From the human T2T-CHM13v2.0 reference genome, Homo sapiens: a stretch of 64,000 nt of DNA. The first letter of the stretch is position 1. Each line of letters opens with the position of its first letter. Made by a program: the position numbers and the translations under genes. Location: NCBI RefSeq assembly GCF_009914755.1, contig NC_060934.1; one strand, 5' to 3'. This document shows positions 12,911-24,790 of the stretch, piece after piece. The notes beneath the pieces are model-generated. The model was not told the DNA's origin and did not search any database. It saw only the letters and a program-made list of their open reading frames with translations.

Positions 12911-13254
12911 CTTCCAAAGTTCTAGAAATACAGTCTCTGTTTAATCCCTGTCTTTTTACTCATTAAAAAAAAAAAATTGGAAAGGCACAATGGCCTCCTT
13001 TGGAAATTTTCAAAAGGAATGACCTTGTTGGGCTTTGAGAAGAGTCCTGGAGCCTCAAGGCCCCCGCACCGCCTTACCTGGAAGCAGCTGTCATCTGTGC
13101 AGCTTTTTAGCCAGGCAGGGTGAGGGTGAGGGGCCAACTCTCGATGCCTTGACTTTGCAGGAGATGGACATTTCAGTGGTAGCATTGTATACTTTTGTTC
13201 GCTGCTATTTGGTGGAACGGTTTGGGGGATAAACTTGATTTTTTATCTTTTCTC

Positions 13255-13535
13255 TTAGTAATTATCCCAATGCCCTGGGCTTTCGGTGAAACTGCAAGGA
13301 AATCTAATTTTGTATGTAATTAAGTGCCTGATGGGCAGTGATCCCCGGCAAACGATATTTCAGCTTAATGTTGTTGAGCAAACATCACCAAAAACTGATG
13401 AAGCCAAAAACAATCATCTGTGTGTTGGCGCCACTCACCATCACGCGAGAGCTGGGGTCATAAATAAACCACTTCACTTTCAGGGTGAATTAAGTGCTCT
13501 TAAAGGGTGTAAGTAAAAGCGCATCAAAGGGAAGC
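13255..13535. promoter_or_regulatory. Candidate enhancer (homeodomain/NK, CDX/HOX, TCF/LEF and SOX motifs)
   Basis: AATTAAGTGC twice (13318, 13488), GTCATAAA at 13457, AACAAT at 13409, CATCAAAGG at 13522. Confidence 0.45.
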
Positions 13536-14194
13536 AGTCTGCTTCCATCCAGAAGTCTGGGCCGCTCCAGGGTGATTGGGCAGATGCCCCGTCCTGGCTG
13601 GTACTGGCCTGCAAGGGCGACGCTTTGCTTGCTGCTGTCTCGAGGACCAGTGAGGGTGCCAAATGGCAGGGTCTGGCACGTGGACCAGCCCGCAGTGAGC
13701 AGGGCCTGGGGTGACAGCAGTGTATGCCCCCGGGAGCCTGGGAAGAAAGCTCCTGCTGCCAGGCCTCGGCCACTGTGGCAAGTGGACGCCGGTGCTGCCC
13801 TGCTTCCAACTAGGAATTCCCCGAAAACTGGCACCAAATTAAATTTTAAACGCTGGAAAGGAAACCTAGAGCACTTGAAGACAGTAGCAGGATGGGCAGC
13901 CGTGCCCCACGGCAGGGTGCTGAGGACGTGGCTGGAACTCACGTCATTGGTTCGACATCTGGTGAATGCAAAGTCCCACTGTGCAGAGGGAACACCCTGT
14001 GGGTGGGCGGGTGCCCTTTAGAAGAGGGTTCCCCCACCCCACCTTCCACGTTTGATTGTTTTAGATAAAAATAATGAAAACAAAACATAACTTTAAATAC
14101 GGTGTTTCACAACCCAGTTTGGTCAGCTTTATTAGGCTACTCGTCTTGCCCTGGTTTGCTGAGGAAACTCCAGGCTGGGAAGTTACACAGCCCC

Positions 14195-14355
14195 AGGTGG
14201 GAATCTCTGGCCCTTCCCAGCTGAGTGGCCTGGGGCAAGCGATTGAATTCTCCCAGCCTCAATTTCTTCAGCTGCAAAAGGGGAATAAAACATCCCTCAT
14301 CCTACCTGCGTGGGCGTTAGAAATGTGGCAGGCGCTAAGTCACGGCCCACTTGCT
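14195..14355 (+). mobile_element. MIR SINE
   Basis: 'ggcctggggcaagcgattgaattctcccagcctcaatttcttcagctgcaaaaggggaataa' matches the MIR core. Confidence 0.65.
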
Positions 14356-14649
14356 ACAGGCCGCACAACTGCACTGGGTGTGACTTTATTGTCAGGATTC
14401 CTGCAAATTCCAGCAGTGCAACCCAGTGGCTGAGGTTTGGGCATGACCCAGTGGTAGTTCCTTAGCACCCACCCAAGGAGGCACAGGAAATATGAGAGAG
14501 GGTGCAGAATGAGGCAGCGGCACCCACACCCACTGGGTATGCCAAAGGGCGCTAGGCAATGGGTCAGCACGCAGCAAGGAAGCCCAGAGGTGGGACACAG
14601 ACAGGTTCCCCTCACCATCTAAAATGCTCTGTCTTCCCTCATCTTCAAG

Positions 14650-14860
14650 GTCCACTCACTCAACAGGTGTAGGGCACCTGCTCCAGGTCAATGTGTGTTG
14701 TGGGTGCCAGGATACACAGGGACAAGACCACAAAAGACAGACAGCAAAATGTAACATCCTTTCCTAGTGAACATTTGGAAAACACTGAACAGAGCAAGTA
14801 GGAAAATGAGTGCCTCCATCGTCCTGGCACTCAAGGGCATTCCTGGTCCAGGTGGCAGCA
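14650..14860 (-). mobile_element. LINE-2 3' fragment
   Basis: 'cactcactcaacaggtgtagggcacctgct...gggtgccaggatacacagggacaagac' matches the reverse L2 tail. Confidence 0.5.
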
Positions 14861-15007
14861 AATCCGCCTGGTTGCAGACTGGAGCTGCAGCTTCCAGAAC
14901 CATGAGGATGGGGGAAACACAACAAAATCTTGAAAAACACCACATCTGATAAGTGCATCTTATCCCATTATGTGGGTACCTGCAATTAACTGATCATGTA
15001 GTAGTGG

Positions 15008-15410
15008 GTGTTGTAGATTAAGTAGCAGCCCCTTATCCAGCAAAGACTTTGCAGATGTAAATAAATTAAGAATCTCAAAATGGGGAGATGATCTTGGATT
15101 ATCTGGGTGACCCCTCAATGTAATCACAAATGTTCTCTTGGGAGGCAGAAAGAGATTTGCCCCAGAAGATGGAGCAGCAATGTGACTGTAGAGGCGGAGA
15201 CTGGGGCGATGCAGCTACAAGCCAAGACTTGGTGGCAGCCACCAGCAGCTGGAAAAGGCAAGGAAGGATCCTCCCCTCGAGGCTCTTGAGGGATTGTGGC
15301 TCTGCCTATGCCTTAATTTCAGCTCAGTGAAACTCATTTCAGACTTATAGATGCCAGATGTGAGAGAGTAAGTAGCTATTGATCGGTTACAGCAGCCAAA
15401 GGGCACAACA
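15008..15410 (+). mobile_element. ERVL-MaLR LTR, MLT1C/MLT1D-like
   Basis: 'gactttgcagatgtaa..taagaatctcaaaatggggagatgatcttggattatctggg', 'gcagctacaagccaag', 'agctggaaaaggcaaggaaggatcctcccctcgag'. Confidence 0.8.
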
Positions 15411-15602
15411 GGTGAATGTAGCAGGTGAATGTTTTTATTAATTCACCCCAAACAAAGGGGTGGGATGGAGCTACTTACTAGGCAGCCACCATGGGAGGCA
15501 ACAGATGAGTGAATGAACAATGGATGAATGCACCACCCACCGTTAGGCTGGAAATCAGGTGCTGCATTTTTATTCTAATTCACATTATCCGAAAATAGTC
15601 AC

Positions 15603-16017
15603 TGTATTAACCCGTTCTCACATTGCTATAAAGAAATACCTGAGACTGGGTCCTTTACAAAGCAAAGAGGTTTAATTGGTTTATGGTTCTGCAGGCCGTA
15701 CAGGAAGCACGGCAGCCTCTGCTTCTGGGGAGGCCTCAGGAAACGCACAATCGTGGTGGAAGGTAAAGGGGGAGCCAGCACTTTACATGGCTGGACTGGG
15801 AGGAGGAGAGGGGAGAGGTGCCACACACTTTTTAACAATCAGATCTCAGGAGAACTCACTCCCTCACTATCACAGAAACAGCATCGGGAGGAATGGTGCT
15901 AAACTACTCGAAGATCCCACCCCTATGATCCAGTCACCTCCCCACAGGGCCCACCTCCACCACTGGGGATTACAATTTGACATGAGATTTCGTAGAGACA
16001 CAGAACTAACTATATTA
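15603..16017 (-). mobile_element. MST (MSTA/MSTB) solo LTR with perfect 5-bp TSD GTCAC
   Basis: 'tgtattaacccgttctcacattgctataaagaaatacctgagactggg...gattacaatttgacatgagattt'. GTCAC at 15598-15602 and 16018-16022. Confidence 0.92.
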
Positions 16018-16709
16018 GTCACCCACGGCGATTGCATCGTTGGTACTCACTATCTTTATTTACCTTCAAACAGGCAAACTTGACCAGTGAGGTGAGCATC
16101 TGTGGGGCAAGTCCTCATCACCAACTCCAGCCCTGTCTGAGCAGGAGGTGAGAGAGTCACTGACCTTTTAGATCAGCCCCCACCTCTGACTCGGGTCGGG
16201 GGAGAAAGGGCTGGCTGATGGGGTGGGGTGGGCTAATGACACCTGTCAGCCTCCGGGGCCTGCTAGGTGAGGGCACAGAGGTAGGGGATGTAGGTGTGGT
16301 GCCATGGCAGGCCCTTGCTGGGCACAGCTGAAGCTGCTCTCACTGCTGACTACCCCCTGGACAATGGCACTGTCACCTGCACTTCCAGTGGGGTAGGCTG
16401 AGAGTCTTGTGCATGCACATGCCTTTTTCTGAATATGCTTTTCTGGGACAAGGCAGATGTTCCTCTAGAGCAAATCCCCAGAAACAGGTTGGCCACATTG
16501 TCCCAGCTGGTGCCATGAGGATAAAAGAAGAGGAGTTCCCTGCAGATACTGGCCCCAGTCTCCCGGCTCACCCTAACCCTGCTTGACTTTGTCTTGTTGC
16601 TTTCCTTTTTTAAAATAAGATATTTTCCTTGAGCCTCTATAAGCCTTGTCATTTTCCTTAAAGAAGATATCTGTTGGCATTTCAAGGAGACAGGATTTGT
16701 GTTACACAC

Positions 16710-17121
16710 TGTATTAGTCTGTTCTCACACTGCTATAAGGAAATACCCAAGACTGGGTAATTTATAAAGGAAAGAGGTTTAATTGGCTCATGGATCTACA
16801 GGCTGTGCAGGAATCATAGGGGCTTCTGCTCCTGGGGAGGCCTCAGGAAACTTACAATCATGGCGGAAGGTGAAAGGGAAGCAGGCACATCTTACGTGGT
16901 CGGAGCAGGAGCAAGAGAGACACAGATGTGGGGTATTACACACTTAAATGACCAGATCTCGTGAGAACTCACTCACTATACAGTAACAAGAGGATGGTGC
17001 TAAACCATTCATGAAGGATCCACCCCATGATTCAATTACCTCCCACCAGGCCCCACCTCCAACACTGGGGATTACAATTTGACATGAGATTTGGGCAGAA
17101 ACACTGATCCAAACCATATCA
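16710..17121 (-). mobile_element. MST (MSTA-like) solo LTR, TSD CACAC/CATAC
   Basis: 'tgtattagtctgttctcacactgctataaggaaatacccaagactggg...aaaccatatca'. The flanks differ at 1 of 5 nt. Confidence 0.92.
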
Positions 17122-17229
17122 CATACCCTTCTCCAAGGACCACTACCCACTTCCTGAACTTGCCAGGGGAGAACATTCCCTAGGACCTCCCTCCAACATG
17201 GGGACACATTTGCACAGCAACAAAAGGCA

Positions 17230-17400
17230 CACAGTTTGGAGTTGAACCCAGGCAGTTTCCGAGCTGAGCTCTGCCACCCTCTCCATGATCCAACCCTGGG
17301 AAAATGAACCCTTCGGAATTGGAGTTTCTGTACTTGCAAAATGAAGTTGCAAAATGTAATGGCTTACCTGGGCTTACCTGGATGCACTTAGCATGCCTGA
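17230..17400 (+). mobile_element. MIR SINE (degenerate)
   Basis: 'gtttggagtt...gctctgccac...cctgggaaaatgaacccttcgg...agtttctgtacttgcaaaatg'. Confidence 0.45.
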
Positions 17401-18369
17401 GCAAGGCTGACATTTGGAATGTGAAACCTGACAGCTGTCATCACTCAAACCGTGACTCTTCCCCCAGTGCTGGGTTCCTGGTTACTTGCATCTGCCGCAT
17501 AGTGTCCCCACAAGGGCAAGCCCTGGGAAGTGGGAAGTAAGAGGGGTCCCTCTGCTTAGAGGAATGTGCCTGCCTTAGACCAACCTGACAGCTTGTTCTC
17601 TCTGATGGGGGCCTGCAGGCAGCAAAAGCCATTAGGAGCAATTTGTTGTCACCAGGCAGGCCTGCTCCCCCTAAACTGTTATCAATGAGCTTGTCAATGC
17701 AAGGCCTAACCGCCTTTGTTCTTTTCATCTGTTTTTCCCTCAGAGGCCTCTCCGGACCCTATGGCCTTCTCAGAGGAGCTGCAACAGGCTGTTGTACACC
17801 TGTTTGGCTGGAGGCTGGACCCGGGGGTCTGGGTGTGGTGGGAGAGAGCAGCGGGCTGCTCAGGCCTCCAAGCTCCTGGCGCTCATCTGTGTCAGGATGT
17901 CAGATGACAGTTGTTGGAGCTGCAGCTGGTACATCAGCCCGTGCCAGGGGCATGGGGCGCTGACCGCTTGCGTTGATGTGCTCTGCCCTCCCTGAGGAGC
18001 ACACGCCTCACTTCCATGAGGCTGCTGCTGCGGCTGCAACTGGAAGGGAACAGGCCTGGCTAGCAGTGCCCATGGGCCCAGGAGGCCGCGTTGTGCAGGA
18101 ACTGGCAGCAAGGAGACAGGAGTCTTGGAGCGGTCGCCCCACAGGCTGGCACCTCCCGTGAACACAGAGGGGTGCTGAGACATGCCCGTGTGAGCTGTGG
18201 AAAAACTCCGAACCATGAGAGCTTCCAGGGCCTCAATAAGCCCCAGAATGCCAAAAAATTCAATTCAGGTTGGACCAGGTTTCTAGTGTTCTCAGGACCA
18301 AGTGGACAGACATGGAATGGGGTGCAATGGACTGAATCTCTTGGGTGACAGGAATCCAGGAAAGGGCCC

Positions 18370-18779
18370 TGTCTTAGTCTGCTCGGGCTGCCATAACAAA
18401 ATTTCACAGGCTGAGTGGCTTAAACCACAGACATTTATTTTGACATTTCTGGAGGCTGGGAAGTCCAGGATCAAAGTGCTGACCTGGTAGATTCATTCTG
18501 AGGCCTCTCCTCTTGGCTTGTAGGCAGCGGCCTTCTTGCTGTGTGCTCCTGTGACCTCTTCTTTGGGCATTCAAAGAAAGAGGGAGGGGGAGAGAGACAG
18601 AGAGCTCCCTGGTGTCTCTTCTTTTAAGGGCACTAATCCTATTGCATCAGGGCCCCATTCTCATGACCTCAGCTAATCCTTATCACCTCTCAAAAGTCCC
18701 TTCTCCAAATACCATCACATTAGGGATTAGGGCTTCAGTAGAAGACTTTTGGGGCAAAACAAACATTCAGTCCATATTA
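18370..18779 (-). mobile_element. MLT1A/MLT1A0-like solo LTR, TSD GGCCC/GGTCC
   Basis: 'tgtcttagtctgctcgggctgccataacaaaa...ctggaggctgggaagtccaggatcaa...aagggcactaatcc...aaacattcagtccata'. Confidence 0.9.
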
Positions 18780-20934
18780 GGTCCCTCAAAAGAGCCTGCA
18801 GTCCAAAAGAAAATAAAGGGAAAGATTCCTATGGCATGCCTTGCCAAAGTGAGCATGCTCTGGGCGTCAGGAATGCTCCGGCATTTAGGAGCGAGCAGGG
18901 GAGAGCCAGCAGCCGCAAGACCACTCTCTATTGCTTTTTATTAAATCTCTGTTTAAGTAAACAAGGAACTGACAGTCTTGGGAGATAAACAAAGGACATG
19001 GAGTCTGCTGGGTGAGACTTTTCCATAAATGAGGCCTTCTTCTCCATAGTCAAGTGTGCCAAGAAGAGCAAAATGTAGGAGTAGGCCTAAGAGGCCCAGG
19101 AAAGAAGCCAAGTATTGGGGTTTCCATTTGCCCAGACGAGGCGTGTCCCCAGGGGCATGGGTGAATGGAGGGCACATTTCCGGGCCCTTTTGAGTTTACA
19201 AAGCACTTTGTTTCCCAGAGGACTCTGCAGCTTCGCCTCATCTCCAGGTGGGGACACTGAGGTCCAGCAGAGTGAATCGAGTTGTCCCCCAGCAAGGAGA
19301 GGTGGAGCCCTGTCTCTCTGCAGCCATGCCTTAATTTGGCCTTCACATCTCTTTTTGATTCCAAATCCTGTGCTCTCTCTGCTTTACAAGCAAGGCCATA
19401 CTTTTCAAAGCATCATGTGTTTAAGAAGTCTGCACTGTAATAGCTGCTCTGCAAACTGCAGAAGCCAGGGCCTACAGTAGAGCCTGTCTCCAGCACCGCT
19501 AGGGAGATCTCAGGCTCCGATGATGCTCAGCATCTTTGTGGGAGAGGCTGGGGTGGGGACTTTGTCCTGCCCTCCGGGAGATCTTGAATGCTCAGGGACG
19601 AATGAGGCACAGCCTGGCACTGAGCTTGAACCACTTTTGCAGGAAATTGATTGTACCCAGTGGAATGACCTGATGGGAAGGGGGTGGGGGCAGGTATAGC
19701 TCACATGCTCCATCCCAGGCTCCAGGGCACTGTGAGAATGGTGGTGGCAGCATTTTTACTCAAGGAGTCTCTTGCCACCAGCCTTGCCCCCGCCCCAGCG
19801 GGCTTGCTAGTCCTGAGTTCTGCCCCAGTGCACCCTCCTCCCTGGGGAGCTTTCTGCAGAACCTGCTCAGGCTCGGCTGTGGAGAGGAGACAGTGCCAGT
19901 GCCTTGGGTGACGGGGAGTTGGTGGAGAAGTGGTCTCCCCAACGGCGGTCTCCTCTGCTCCATACTGGGGCTCATATCTGGGTTCTCAGCCTCCTCTGGC
20001 AAGGCCTGGGCCCAGAGTTCTTGCCCTGGGTTGAGTTGAGCAGGGAAACTACATCTACTATTGACCCTGAGCTAGATCCTTAGCTGGATTAAGGCGCCCT
20101 CTGTAGCCGGCAAGGTGGCTTTGTGGTCATGTCTAAAACAGCTTAGAAGTAGAATGGACACTTCCGAGATCTTCCAGCTGACCCCAGCATCTGAGGACAC
20201 TTCAGAAGCTGCCAGCCTCAGTGAACATGGTGGCATGACTCAGCCTCCCAGAGACAGCAACCTGGCAGCGGGTGCTCTCAGAGGGACTTTGCCTCCTGAA
20301 GTCAGTCTCTTTCCTGGTTTCTGGAGCACCTGGCCCCCTTGGAATAGGGGTCAATCCCTTACAACAGATGGCATCAGCTTTCGCAGCCCTGGCCGGCAGG
20401 ACCAGCGGAAAGAGGCAGCTGCTCTCCTTCTCCCCTTCCCTCTCTCATTCTGGACAAAGACCATTATGCAAATTAGGGCCACAGGTCCAGGGCAGCCCAT
20501 GGTTGCATCTGCAAAACAACTGTGAGTGATGTTCAGCCCCAGAAACCTGGCTGCAGCTCTTCTGCAATCACCCGAGCTGACACCAGTGTGCCAGCAACAG
20601 ACAGCTGGGAGGACCTACACCTCCATGGATCCATCTGGAGAACAGGTCTGGAGCCAGTTGCCTGAATTCAACCATGTGAGGTGGGGCTGCTCCAAAGACT
20701 GTGAGCACCCTGTCCCTGCAACCTTACCCGCTCACCCATTAGATCAAGGACAATAGAGGGATGGTTTGACACAGAAGCGAGACATGCGCCCTGGCCTCCT
20801 GTCCTTCAGGGTCCTCTGCGTCATCCCTGTGGCCTCTACATGCATACACACAGGCAAAAGACCCTCCCTAATGAGTTCGTGGACAATGTCCCTGTTTCTG
20901 TCCTGGATAGGGGCAGGGTGCCGAGGGCCCCAGT

Positions 20935-21384
20935 TAATGCCCTGTGTCTTCCATGAGAAGATATCACAACCTGTGGCTTGAAACACTGCAAATGCCTTCC
21001 TTTGCAGTTCTGGTGACTAAAAGCCCTAAACCAAGGTGTCAGCAAGTTTGGTTCCTAGCAGGGGCTGGGAGGGAGGGTCCTTCTCTGCCTCCCTTCCAGC
21101 TTCTGATGGTGGCAGGATCTCTTGGCGTTCTTTGGCTTTGTAGATCCATTGCTCCAATCTCTGTCTCCATCCCCAGGTTGTGTTCTCTCTCTGTGTTTGT
21201 GTCTCTGTGTCTCAACTTCCCTCTTCCTATGAGGACACTAGTCATGTTGGATATAGGATGTACCCTAATCAGATATGACCGTATCTAAACTTGATTCCAT
21301 CAGTAAATACCTTATGACCAAATAAGGTTTCAACAACAGATTCAGGAGGATGAGAATTTTGAGGATGCTGTTCGACCTAGCACA
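20935..21384 (-). mobile_element. MLT1B/MLT1C-like LTR
   Basis: 'cagttctgg...aaggtgtcagcaag...cttccagcttctgatggtggc...atgaggacactagtcat..gga...ccaaataagg'. Confidence 0.8.
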
Positions 21385-22264
21385 GACTCTGATGGTGCTG
21401 GATTTCTTCTGCCGATCCATGAGCTATTGTGTCCATTCCTAGTGCCCTAGTGGACTGAGTGGCACCCACTCTCATCATGGCCCTGTTGCCCTAGTTGTTC
21501 CCGCTCCAGTTCCCTGGGCTGAGACTCTGAGAAATCAAACCCAGACATTTAGTAAGAGGCAGACTGCAGGGAGATGCCAAAGAACTGGGGAAGGTGAAGA
21601 GAAAGGAGGGAATCCTGGTTTCCAAAGACCCGGAGGATGGGTGCAGCCTCTCCTGCCCACCCAGCGCACACAGTGAACATGCTCCCCAGGCCATCAACAC
21701 CCCATGGCTACTGTTTTAGGCCCAGGTGGCTTAACCTGAGGCTGTAAAATGCCCTTTCCCTTCTTTTATATTTGTACCAGTGGGGGTGTCCAGGCTTCTG
21801 CGCCAGTGATGTCACTCTCAACTTCGGGATGATGGTTGCAAAACCAAAACTACAAGTTCTTTGTCCTGAAAATGGCCATGAACCTATCCTGCTCAATCAA
21901 GGCTTGCCCACTGTGCCCAACCCCCCCCCATAGGCTGTGCGTGGGCCCAGGCACTCCAGGAAGGGTGTACAAGGCCAGTGAGGTACAAGGTCAAGCCAAG
22001 AACCCAATGGCTGCATAGGCCAGCCTCCCTCATCCCTCAGACATGGGCTGGACCTTTAAAGAATGATGCTCCCCTGAGACCTTAATGCAAAGACATGGGG
22101 ACCTCAAGAGTGGTCCCCGGGAGTGGGGCCTCTGCAGCAGTCTGTGCGGAAAGCCTTGGAGAGCGGCCGTGGGTCCTGGCAATGACATCATCTCTGGCAT
22201 CATTGGCAGAGGGGCTGGCACTTGGCGCCTGTGCAGGTGGATATGGAGGGTGCTTGCTATCTGC

Positions 22265-22420
22265 AATGGAGCCCTTGGCCTGGGAGGTCTGGCCAATCAG
22301 GCAACTGTACTATGCCTCAGTTTCCTCATCAACAGATGAGGACTCTACCTTTCCACCACCCCACAGGTGTCCATCCAGGGTCACCATGACACAGAGTGCA
22401 CAGAAGAGCTTTGGAATGAC
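22265..22420 (+). mobile_element. MIR SINE
   Basis: 'atgcctcagtttcctcatcaacagatgagga' is the MIR core. Confidence 0.6.
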
Positions 22421-23194
22421 AGAGATGCCAGTGGGCTGCAGGGCATTATGCACACAGCCCAGAGGGGACTGCAGTGTGACAAAGTAACTTCTTGGGAAAA
22501 ACACCCAAGATGTGCAGTGGCCACAGCTGACATAACCTCCGGTCGGATACAGGGCCAACAAGTGTGCGAGTGCAGCCTTTTAGCAGGTGGAATTCACAGA
22601 AGTGCAGTTTGGGACTGCAGCCCCATTCCCTCCTGGCTTCCTTGAGACTGAGGCTGTGCAAGTGCCAGGGTGCCCATTTCCCCCTCCCCTGGCCACCGAG
22701 TCCTCTGTGGTCACAGAGACGGAAAGTCGAAGAAAGGCCCATCAAGGGCACACGGGAGCGAGTGACTTCGAAAGCCCTGGCATTTACACAATTTAGGCAT
22801 GTTACGTTTATTTAAGGGCTTTTCATGTAAAGGGTGCAGGGCCCTGAGCGGCTGGATCTGTTAATGCCTCATGCTTTTTGTGTTTAAATGTGCCACTTCC
22901 AATGACTGTCAATGTTGACCTAAGTGACAAACATCCAAACATGTTTATAGAGGAGACCGTGGGACCTCATTCCATGTGACTTCTGCTCTGTGGAGAAGGG
23001 GGAAAAGGCTAACACCAGAACGGTTGTTTTTTAAGATGTGGCCTCTTTGACAAGTCTTGTATGTGGCTGCTGCCTCCGCGGGAGCCCTGGGTGCTTCAAT
23101 CTCCTCTTGGAAAACAGCAAAGGAAAGGGCTTCGGGCAGATTATTAAGTGGGGCTGCTGGCATCATCACACTGAATTAATGGCCTTAATTTGAA

Positions 23195-23510
23195 CATTTA
23201 TTCATTCTTTGAAGAAATATTTATTGAGTGCCTTCTCTGTGGCAGTATCATGTTACACACTGGAAATAAAGAGATGAAAAAGGTGGAGGGAGCCCTGCCC
23301 TGAGGGAGCTTAAAATCTAATGAGGGAGGAAATGAACAAGTAATTGCACATGTTCTAAGTAAAGAGGGGGTCAACTAAGGCCCCATCAAGAAAGAGACCT
23401 GTGAATCTGTCCTTCAGGGAAGAACAGGAGTTGGCCAAGCAAACACTGAAGGCAAAGGAAGCAGCAGATCCTGATGCAAGAGACGAGGGGAGATTTCAAA
23501 GAACTGAAAG
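23195..23510 (-). mobile_element. LINE-2 3' end
   Basis: 'atttattcattc...aaatatttattgagtgccttctctgtggcag...ccctgccctgagggagcttaaaatctaatgaggg' is the canonical reverse L2 tail. Confidence 0.8.
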
Positions 23511-24390
23511 CTCAGGGATTATTCCACATACTCAAGACATCCTGTTCTACATAAACCATGGAATAAACCAAAGGATGGGGACAAACTAGGTTGCAGAAGT
23601 AGATGGATATGTGGCATACGCATTTGATGAATTCAAACATGGAAATACGGTATTTTGGTAAATAAAAAATCAACTGCTTTCCAACAAACTAAGTCATTGA
23701 GCTGTCCCAAGACAGGGCATGTGTGTGAGTTGTCAGGAGAAGAAATTTGGTTGCTACCTCTTTTGTGGCCCTGGTATGTTTACCAGCTGGTAAATGGGAG
23801 AATCAGAGATGTCCTCCATCTCTCTGTAATGGAGTCCATTGATCCTTTTATAGTAACAAGTACACACCCATCAGTTCTTATCAATGTCCATTGGTTTCAA
23901 GCTGTCTTACCAAGTCACCAGTGACATGGATGGCATGTGATGTATAAGAAGCCTTAGAGTTGTCTGGGTCAGATGACAGACAAACAAATATGAAATAGGT
24001 GGTTGGATTGAAATAGAGACTAGTGCCATTTAATAACTCATAATGTGAAGAGGAGACGAGTGACTCGGTAGTCGCTGGGCTCCTCTCTGCTTCAAGCCCT
24101 GCCAGTTACTACAGAGAGTCCCAAGGGGTGCCCGGCAAGGATATAAACTGATGGAGTTGTGTGGGTACCCAGCAAAGGCCCTTCCAGTGAGGATGACAGT
24201 GTGAGCACAGGCCTGAAGGTGGGTGACTCAGGAGGAAAAACTTGACTACACAGAGAAACAGCCCTGGGCTAGAATAGAGGATCGCCCAGGTGCAGCGGGA
24301 GTCTGAGCCACATTCCAGGAGTTTGGAAAGTAAGAAGAGCAGCTGTAGCCCTGGATTTGTGCAGGCAGCATCTCTGCAGACTCCTGGGAG

Positions 24391-24470
24391 TGTCTTCAGA
24401 GGCTATTTTGGCTATGATTGGCCAGCTGGATGTCTTCAGAGGTTATTTTGGCTATGATGGGCCAGGTGGA
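24391..24470. repeat. 40-bp tandem duplication (2 copies, 3 mismatches)
   Basis: tgtcttcagaggctattttggctatgattggccagctgga / tgtcttcagaggttattttggctatgatgggccaggtgga. Confidence 0.9.
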
Positions 24471-24569
24471 TTTAGATAGACAGAAAGAAGGAGGAAGAAA
24501 AGGAGGAGGAGAGGTGGAGGCCTTGGAGTTGGGAAAACCACCCAGAAGGGCAACCTAGCGCCCAGGAGA

Positions 24570-24790
24570 GGTGGCCTGGTACCAAGCATAAGCTCAGGTA
24601 TGAGAGTTAACATCACCTGGGGTTTGATTCTCTGTCCTACCCTTTTCTAGCTGATATCTTGAACAAACTCATTCACTTCCCTGAGCCTCAAGTTTCCTCT
24701 TCTATGAAATGGGTGGGCTTCTTATGAAGGTGCGATGAGTTCATGTTGGTAAAACTGCTTATGTGGCATGCCCAGGGCAGGCTGTGGCTT
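24570..24790 (+). mobile_element. MIR SINE
   Basis: 'cctggggtttgattc...ctagctg..atcttgaacaa..cttccctgagcctcaagtttcctcttctatgaaatggg'. Confidence 0.7.

Noticed and set aside
15603-17121. Two same-orientation MST LTRs as the ends of one provirus
   Set aside because: Each has its own TSD (GTCAC; CACAC/CATAC), they differ substantially, and the 690-bp spacer is not recognisable as MST internal sequence.
20466-20473. Octamer ATGCAAAT
   Set aside because: An isolated 8-mer expected by chance in 64 kb, with no properly spaced SOX half-site.
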